Program-made: the position numbers and the translations under genes
Notes under the pieces: model-generated
The model's input: only the letters and a program-made list of their open reading frames with translations
Told to the model about the DNA's origin: nothing
The model's database searches: none
Virus record (IMG/VR): IMGVR_UViG_3300011113_000805
Coordinates: 62,001 to 126,000 of that record
Reading direction: 5' to 3' (one strand)
DNA: 64,000 bases
Shown here: positions 58,601-64,000 of the stretch, in pieces
Layout: each line of letters begins with the position of its first letter
How positions within the stretch are numbered: the stretch's first letter is position 1

Positions 58601-58960
58601 CTTTGGAAATTGATTAAAGACATAAGCTTCGAAGCCTGTAAGACTATCAAAGAAGTCCTCTATCTCCCTAAAAGTGCCGTCGAATGGAAAATTATTGATG
58701 ATTGTATCAAAAGCAACATTGACATTAGCAGTAGCTGAACTGAAGAATGTGTGATTTGCAAAATTTGACCAATCAACAGGAAGTTGCTGTGTTGACTTGA
58801 GAGGACTTCCTTGGGCAAGATACCTGAATGAACTTGATGATGGTGCCTGTGGATCTTGAAAATCTACCTGTGATGATCCGCCTGCACTGATGCTCTGCCT
58901 TTGCAGGCCAATAAGAGTGTCAATGCTGGTATAGTCGGTTATTCCTAATCTTCGAGGCAT
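55664..58960 (-). CDS. Baseplate wedge protein (gp7 / P2 gpI-like core) with LamG-like domains
   Basis: 1098 aa: FLPFLAKEYGIEL...IWRRMLADLPVILKSKGT..LKNIIRSMGI (gpI-like), LamG motifs, C-terminal VIESHILERNK. Confidence 0.7.
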   Translation of the reverse strand: MPRRLGITDYTSIDTLIGLQRQSISAGGSSQVDFQDPQAPSSSSFRYLAQGSPLKSTQQLPVDWSNFANHTFFSSATANVNVAFDTIINNFPFDGTFREIEDFFDSLTGFEAYVFNQFPKSINSLTFDGGSWIEVIDAAGSKFPELSRNKTGASVLDPGASSISFQMKIFVPPEQSDNQVILQRLSGNSGYTLAVSESLSTSVANILFAYSSGSSCLSSSVSINKGEWVDVTAMFNRRPGINRLQLYVTGTLAASSSNVSEFSVNTVLSSPLYIGTGSLHSSGPFTFLPAQNLSASLDDLKIFVGNRTLTEIQYASKNPIEPNPNLRLMYKFNEPSGSYARNSIVIDSSGNGLHSTITGFIESLRDSSLNTGGPASFEERASHSPVLFPDFPELVTINTTLLTSASDYDANNPNYIVKLIPPHYLEQEQAFLGLESVDGNIGQEFSDGGNLPRKTSLGSVQIITMLLLIWAKQFDELKMHIAQLSRLNRADYTSNGGIADTFLPFLAKEYGIELPRLFSDPTYLQYIHGDNLTSDNEIGTNPLYKIESEIWRRMLADLPVILKSKGTVFSLKNIIRSMGIDPDITLRFKEYGGTRSGYITGRSSTKRDVKFTSTGSFLLTSPFLSGTRTEPGYPLVTGGVSDGLFTTSSFFIEGHYKFLESQKNNDASLLRLLSTGSYGPALSLNVIMQASGTYGGSMGSITLSGSYSSNVSNPQRFSLSLINLPVYDGKPFYLSVGRNKESADTSNWYLRFGKSIGQNLFVTESNFRVVVPEGDDIFSVVSPTYNASGSFFQVGTSTITNGSSQLFLNDSALPAISRISSQTGAVSQLRFWSKFLSGSEWQEHVRNPLSVGVLDPSINFNFVTNESGSFGRLRIDAGFDQPITASNPSGNISILDFTQNGLNLSGSGFPASANVIFGQEMIFDAIDPHFDESSTDSKVRVRSWVLEENASKYGGNTQPVYQVDPAEIITDDNRFGIEISVARALNEDIVLMFGGHEPLDNVYGNPTDVFAVEYSGERHLRDVYFNRLQSPISFKEVFLFAKWFESNIERLVAQFLPYNTDFQGVNLVIESHILERNKLRYGWARNWDRPDYKQSAGE

Positions 58961-60468
58961 TATTCACTCACAATCGTGACAAAGTTCTTGGATGTTAATT
59001 CAGTGTCTGTTCCATCGATCTTTATCCTGAACTCAAACTGCAAAGGTATTCCAATAGGCAATGCATCTGTGTAAAGCATCGCATATGGTGAAAGTGTGTC
59101 AATTGACATTCTTGATCCAGGAACATCAAAGTCAAAAAGAAGCTTACCTGACGACGTGTCACGAATTCTATATCTGCAGTCGGTCACCTGTAGCGGTACT
59201 GGATCATAGGAGAATCTAGCTGATTTGTTCTGTTCCCAATCATCATAGACGGCAAGCCTAAATTTAGCCGATGATCCCCTCTGCAGCTGACTTGGAAGTG
59301 AAGGCATTGCAATTCGAATCTTTCTATTTTCACTTGAGACAGTACCGGCTTGCAAAGATGACATTGCAAGGGTGCCTGAGAAGAACGTCACTGTCCTGTC
59401 TAGAGACTGCCAGGTCTCGTTGAAAGTTATGGATCCACTTGCCTGAAGCGCTCTTGCAATTGTTAATGATCCTGATATGACACTAGTGTCAGAGGATGCT
59501 ATTGCAAGTGATGCTGTGTAGAGACCTGTGATTCCTCCTCCTTGCATTACTTGTGAGCCTGTAATCCACTTTGTGTAAGAGCCTGTGCTTATATTCACAA
59601 GAAGACAGTTATGACCGGTTACTTCGGTAAGAGATGATCCTGACACAAGATTTCTATAAGCACCTCTCACTATGTTGCGAAGTGACAGTGTTCCTGTTGT
59701 GTCAAAGTAAGATGAACTGTGATTATCTATGATGCTATCATCACTTGAAATGATTAGCGAAGGACGAAGTGATTGTTCCCTCACATGTCTCGAGGCGAAC
59801 CTCTTTACAAATCGAGTTACTTGATCACCTTCCTCGGAATCAATAAATGAGATACGGAAACCATTGTCAGGAAGTATTCCGGCAATGGTTGCCGAAACAA
59901 CTCGTGTGACATCAACAATTAAGTCCTCAGTACCAATTTCAAAGTATTGTGTTGATCCTAGATTGACAGTTCCATTTCCATCCTGAAGATTTCCGCTGGC
60001 AAAGTAGTCAATGTTGGAATCACCCAGTGTGCCAGACTTGTAAGCACCTGTGACATTCCAAAGTGCACCGACTGACCTACTAAGAAAATTGGTTGCATCA
60101 ACATCAGCAAATGAGATAACATCTCTTCCAAACCCTTCACTAAATTCAGCGGCAAGAGGAAAAACTTGCACCGTGAAATTATTTGGAACCGGTTGGCCGG
60201 CAGAGATATTTTGCAACTTCAAAGTTGCCCTGAATGTTGAATCTCCAATGTCCAGTGAACTGGAAGCTAGGGTCAATGCTTTTGACAAGTCAAATTTTAT
60301 CAGAAGTCGTGATAGCTCTAGTGTACCTGTAACTTCTAGATTTTCATCATAGAGCTTAAAGAGATCAAGTGTTCCTGCTCTGCCTACATTTCCAGAGACG
60401 GCAGGAAGTGCATCAATAATCTTGTTAGTGATGTATGTGTCAGCAGATGCACTAGCAATAACTATCAT
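58960..60468 (-). CDS. Virion structural protein with DNRLRE/disaggregatase-like beta domain
   Basis: 502 aa: ASADTYITN, SRLLIKFDL, ATLKL, RFASR, PSLII. Confidence 0.55.
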   Translation of the reverse strand: MIVIASASADTYITNKIIDALPAVSGNVGRAGTLDLFKLYDENLEVTGTLELSRLLIKFDLSKALTLASSSLDIGDSTFRATLKLQNISAGQPVPNNFTVQVFPLAAEFSEGFGRDVISFADVDATNFLSRSVGALWNVTGAYKSGTLGDSNIDYFASGNLQDGNGTVNLGSTQYFEIGTEDLIVDVTRVVSATIAGILPDNGFRISFIDSEEGDQVTRFVKRFASRHVREQSLRPSLIISSDDSIIDNHSSSYFDTTGTLSLRNIVRGAYRNLVSGSSLTEVTGHNCLLVNISTGSYTKWITGSQVMQGGGITGLYTASLAIASSDTSVISGSLTIARALQASGSITFNETWQSLDRTVTFFSGTLAMSSLQAGTVSSENRKIRIAMPSLPSQLQRGSSAKFRLAVYDDWEQNKSARFSYDPVPLQVTDCRYRIRDTSSGKLLFDFDVPGSRMSIDTLSPYAMLYTDALPIGIPLQFEFRIKIDGTDTELTSKNFVTIVSE

Positions 60469-60480
60469 TTGACCACCGCC

Positions 60481-62313
60481 TTAAACTGATACTACCACGA
60501 CATCCTGCGTGGGATAAAGAATTTCGAATATTCCTCCAGGAGGAGGAACAATAATCCCCCTGGATGTTGCCAATGACATGTCATATGCAAAGCTCGAATA
60601 TGATGTATCATCAACTGTGCCTGATCGACCAATAAATTCCAGCGAGACAAGTGAAAGAACACCAGGCGTGTTAATGATTGCACTAGTGACGTCAGCAATC
60701 ACAATAGGCTGATCAGGCTGGAACGTGGAAATATCAAGCTCATTCCTGATTGCCTGCGCTGTGTTTTGTAAAACCTCCAGCGATATAAAATTAGGAGCAA
60801 CAATAACAGAAGCCCTGACGGCATAATTGACAATTGGAGAATCCACAATATCAATTGCATCAGATATTAGCCTTAAGTCATTGAGATAGTTTCTTAAGTT
60901 AATCTTAAGAGTGTCGGATGCCCTGGCAAGGTTTCCGCTAGCATTATATCCTAGAATGTAAAGCTGCTTTGCAAGAGGATTTGCAGGATTTGATCGACAT
61001 CCGGCTTTTGCAACTTTCCCAAATTTCGTTGGAAGTGAGTACACCCGAGCAATAAGGTCTTCCTTAGTGACAACCCTTAGCTGTGAATTTTTTGCTGCTG
61101 GAATTTGTAGTCTGAGATCCTGAATTGTTGGTTGATTTGTACCACCACTTGAACTCTCCCTGTTAATAACATCGGTTGATGCCCTAACGGATGCTGCAAC
61201 GCCATTTGATGGAAGCCCAGGAAATATCATTGACAATGATGTGATGCTTCGGATGGAGTTAGCTGCGACATTATGATTAAGACCACCACCGTACTCATAG
61301 ATGACTGTGAGTGTGGTATTCGAAGGTGCAACTCCAAGTGTTTTCGACCTTAGCAAGGCATTAGGATCCAGTGAAAATCTTGGAATAGCACCCTTGCCAT
61401 AAAGTGGCAGGGCTAACCTGGAAGGATCCACAACAGTTCTCTCATCGATGGCATTCTCACCACCACCAAATGTCAGTGTCATTGTCCTGGATGTTAGATC
61501 GGTTGACGTGGTAAATCTTCGTGGAGCAGGAATAACTTCCATACTGTCAGTAACAGTGCCATTATCATATGAGATGTTTGAGACTGGTAGGAAGACCGTG
61601 TCCTGTGTCAGTGAATCCACCTCGTAGTACTGGTTTCCCTCTGTATCAACAATGCTGACAATTCTGGAGACATTGGTATTGGCAAGTGTTATGGCGTAGA
61701 AAGGATTAAAGCCATTTGGAACACTGAAAGTTTCTGAGACACGGGCAGATGATGTTGCTGTCACATTTCTAGTAAGAATGAAAGTTAGAGGATTACCGTC
61801 ATCATCGGTCTCACCCACGGTGACAGTGGCCCTAAGAAAACCATCCCTATCTCTCTCGTTAAAGTTAATGTCCTCAACGGTGGTGAAAGTTATTCTACCG
61901 GCCGAAGCTGTCGTGGTGCCAGCAAGAATTGTCGGAATTGAGTTTTCTTGTGGGACATAGCCATTCGATGTCAGTGATGCCGGCACCTCAATCAGGAATG
62001 TGAGAGAAACGGTGGCAGGGGATGCCCCTGTAATTTTAACACCTGCATTCCTTAGATGTCGCTGGATATTGTCAAGTTCTACCGAGTCTGACCAGGAGAG
62101 CTCATTAAACTGATGATCAAGATAGTATGTCATCGTATCACCGACTGATGCGGCGAGGTCAATTAGCATACCGCCTAAACCAGCCTCACTGAAGTCCTTG
62201 ATCTTGTCTGGGAAGAATGTCTGTGCATACCTAACAAGATCAGACCTGAGGTCGATAAAGTCCTTTGATAGGTAATTTCTTTGAAGTTGCGCTGCCGTAG
62301 GATTTCCTGCCAT
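60481..62313 (-). CDS. Baseplate wedge protein (T4 gp6 / P2 gpJ-like)
   Basis: YLSKDFIDLRSDL, GGMLIDLAASVGD, RVVTKEDL, LRNYLNDLRLISD. Confidence 0.9.
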   Translation of the reverse strand: MAGNPTAAQLQRNYLSKDFIDLRSDLVRYAQTFFPDKIKDFSEAGLGGMLIDLAASVGDTMTYYLDHQFNELSWSDSVELDNIQRHLRNAGVKITGASPATVSLTFLIEVPASLTSNGYVPQENSIPTILAGTTTASAGRITFTTVEDINFNERDRDGFLRATVTVGETDDDGNPLTFILTRNVTATSSARVSETFSVPNGFNPFYAITLANTNVSRIVSIVDTEGNQYYEVDSLTQDTVFLPVSNISYDNGTVTDSMEVIPAPRRFTTSTDLTSRTMTLTFGGGENAIDERTVVDPSRLALPLYGKGAIPRFSLDPNALLRSKTLGVAPSNTTLTVIYEYGGGLNHNVAANSIRSITSLSMIFPGLPSNGVAASVRASTDVINRESSSGGTNQPTIQDLRLQIPAAKNSQLRVVTKEDLIARVYSLPTKFGKVAKAGCRSNPANPLAKQLYILGYNASGNLARASDTLKINLRNYLNDLRLISDAIDIVDSPIVNYAVRASVIVAPNFISLEVLQNTAQAIRNELDISTFQPDQPIVIADVTSAIINTPGVLSLVSLEFIGRSGTVDDTSYSSFAYDMSLATSRGIIVPPPGGIFEILYPTQDVVVVSV

Positions 62314-62804
62314 TAGCTCACCGTTGAAAGTACGACTTCTATGAGTCTTGTCTTGTTGTTAAGTCCTGGCACCGTGTAAGTTACCTTGACAATCACACGA
62401 GAAGGATCGGTATAGGTCTGTGGAGTCTGTGCTGTTTCGAATGTCTGCAAATTCACAAAAGGTAGGTATTTCCTAACGGCAGTTCTAATCCTGTTAATAG
62501 CCTCGAGGTCACCATTCTCGGTGCCAAGTTCGAATACAAGCTCTCGAAGATTTGCACCATAATCATATCGAAAAAGTCTTTCACCGTAATTTGTTAGCAA
62601 AAGATTTCTCAAATTGTCGCTAATTGTGTCCTCAATGTTATGATGCATCCTGAGAAGTCCGTCTCTTTCTAGTCCCGTCTCCAGAGGCGTCTTGATGCCA
62701 ATTGGATCGGCACGAACTTCCGATGCAGCAGTCGTAACTCTTCTCTGATATGATGTCGCAGACTCACCTACTGAGCTGAAATCATACTTTTTACTAGTCG
62801 ACAT
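62313..62804 (-). CDS. Baseplate wedge / sheath initiator (T4 gp25-like)
   Basis: NLRNLLLTNYGERL...YGANLRELVFE, IRTAVRKYLPFV; ATG at 62804 with SD GGAGG. Confidence 0.9.
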   Translation of the reverse strand: MSTSKKYDFSSVGESATSYQRRVTTAASEVRADPIGIKTPLETGLERDGLLRMHHNIEDTISDNLRNLLLTNYGERLFRYDYGANLRELVFELGTENGDLEAINRIRTAVRKYLPFVNLQTFETAQTPQTYTDPSRVIVKVTYTVPGLNNKTRLIEVVLSTVS

Positions 62805-62819
62805 CAATCCTCCAGTGGA

Positions 62820-62827
62820 TATGTATT
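62820..62827 (-). promoter_or_regulatory. Late promoter-like motif AATACATA
   Basis: 15 nt before the gp25-like ATG. Confidence 0.55.
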
Positions 62828-62840
62828 CAACAAGTCAAGC

Positions 62841-63089
62841 TCATGATGAACCTTCTCCTGTTGTTGATCCAGCACCTGTTACAGGATCAGTCGTCACAAC
62901 TATTCCAGGAAGAATTTTAACGGTCACTGTCGAAACATATGCCTCCACAGCAGCTGCAATGTCACTTGACAACTGTGAGATAACAGCATTTGAATCAGCA
63001 CCGTCTGCTGATCCATCTTGTCTTGACCTCTCGAAAGCACTAGAGATTGCGCTTTGTAATGCCGCCGTGTCACCTGCTATTATTGGCAT
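62841..63089 (-). CDS. Small protein after the spike gene (82 aa), possible spike-tip component
   Basis: Directly follows the spike gene; helical N-terminus and Gly/Thr beta-type C-terminus. Confidence 0.6.
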   Translation of the reverse strand: MPIIAGDTAALQSAISSAFERSRQDGSADGADSNAVISQLSSDIAAAVEAYVSTVTVKILPGIVVTTDPVTGAGSTTGEGSS

Positions 63090-63092
63090 AAA

Positions 63093-64000
63093 TCACTCTC
63101 CAAAAATTCTCTTTGACCTGATACTAGGTATCTGAGCTTCCCTGGCATCCATTGCAGCCTTTAGTGCATTTGCCGCAGCATTAAGTTGTGGTGATGGGGC
63201 CCCATAGCCAGGTGTTGTGTGAGTTAGCACCGTGTCACAGAATGTTCTAATATCAGCCATGGTTGTCCTAAGAAGTGATTCTAGTTGTGCATATAGAATG
63301 TAAGGCTGGGTTGATCCTGGGGCTTCTGGGTCGCCATCACCGGCACCACCATCTAAAGAGTGACGACCAATATGAACTTGCCTTCCCGATATCTGAATGG
63401 TACCATCAGGAAGGATGATGATTGCTGCGAGGTCGTCACTTTTATTTCCTTCCTTGATAATTCGAATGGTTCCATTGATTCCGTGGATCTCATCTTTTCT
63501 TGCAATGAGCCGAAGCTGATCAGCCTTGACTCCTACAGCTGCACCTGAAGTATCAGTTAGAACTTGTCCCTCGAATGTTGTTGGGGTAAAATTACTTGTG
63601 CCAAAGTTGAAGTCTATTCCAGTCCGCTGTGAGACATAGATTCTAGCAGCATCATCGAGAAAGTCTGCATCACCCTCGACAGGAAGTGTGCCATCAAAGT
63701 CCTCAATTCTCTTTGAAACCTCAACAAACCTTCTGCGATTTGCCCTGAGAGGTGGAACTGTTCTATTCTCTATTTCGCCATTCTGTATCCACCGAGACCT
63801 GCCGGCAACTATATCAACTGTTCCTGAGAATTCGCCTGGTATCCTTGAGGAGACTGATGTCACACTTTCTTCAGGTTTGTCAGTGGGTGCCCATCCCCTA
63901 TCGGTTGTTAATGCAATGGCAGCATTGTTTGAACCGTGAATTACGAAATCACCAGGCCTCTTTATGTACCTTGGAACAGGTTCAAATCGTGTTAGCGGAA
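63093..64000 (-). CDS. Baseplate central spike (gp5/VgrG-like), 5'-truncated by window edge
   Basis: The frame stays open from 63863 to the window end (PLTRFEPVPRYIKRPGDFVIHGSNNAAIAL). It has spike-like beta segments (VKADQLRLIAR, TIRII, GTIQISG) and lies upstream of the gp25/gp6-like genes. Confidence 0.7.
   Translation of the reverse strand, partial: PLTRFEPVPRYIKRPGDFVIHGSNNAAIALTTDRGWAPTDKPEESVTSVSSRIPGEFSGTVDIVAGRSRWIQNGEIENRTVPPLRANRRRFVEVSKRIEDFDGTLPVEGDADFLDDAARIYVSQRTGIDFNFGTSNFTPTTFEGQVLTDTSGAAVGVKADQLRLIARKDEIHGINGTIRIIKEGNKSDDLAAIIILPDGTIQISGRQVHIGRHSLDGGAGDGDPEAPGSTQPYILYAQLESLLRTTMADIRTFCDTVLTHTTPGYGAPSPQLNAAANALKAAMDAREAQIPSIRSKRIFGE

Noticed and set aside
1-64000. Stop-codon reassignment as seen in some large phages
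   Set aside because: Code 11 gives near-complete coding density, and TAA, TAG and TGA all end genes at expected positions.
1-64000. CRISPR array, tRNA/rRNA genes, DGR repeats, integrase or IS
   Set aside because: Intergenic gaps are all under ~130 bp and explained by promoters or hairpins. I saw no spaced repeats, cloverleaf, reverse transcriptase or transposase by eye; tRNAscan-SE and a self dot-plot would confirm.

Overview
The window is a gene-dense, single-strand (minus) morphogenesis region of a large, T4-superfamily-like contractile-tailed dsDNA phage (myovirus), read in genetic code 11 at roughly 45% GC by eye. In transcription order (64 kb to 1): a ~26 kb baseplate/adsorption block (gp5-like spike, partial; gp25-like; gp6-like; several very large LamG/FN3-like proteins with paralogous termini); a DNA-processing block (RuvC-like resolvase, primase, single-chain Mre11-Rad50/SbcCD); a head block (terminase large subunit, portal, intein-interrupted prohead protease, four unknown proteins, scaffold, major capsid protein, a free-standing TnsA-like endonuclease, a decoration-like protein); and a neck/tail block (gp13/14/15-like, two sheath paralogues, tube, chaperone, tape measure, hub, LysM wedge, partial). 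The most notable sequence-level signals are: a likely +1 programmed frameshift in the tail chaperone, a 14-bp hairpin hiding that gene's RBS, a pseudoknot-like leader over the decoration gene's start codon, a recurrent nATA[ACG][AC]TA late-promoter motif, an intein two residues from the protease catalytic His, and strong [ST]GS enrichment in external virion proteins. All product calls come from motif recognition and synteny; no database searches were run.
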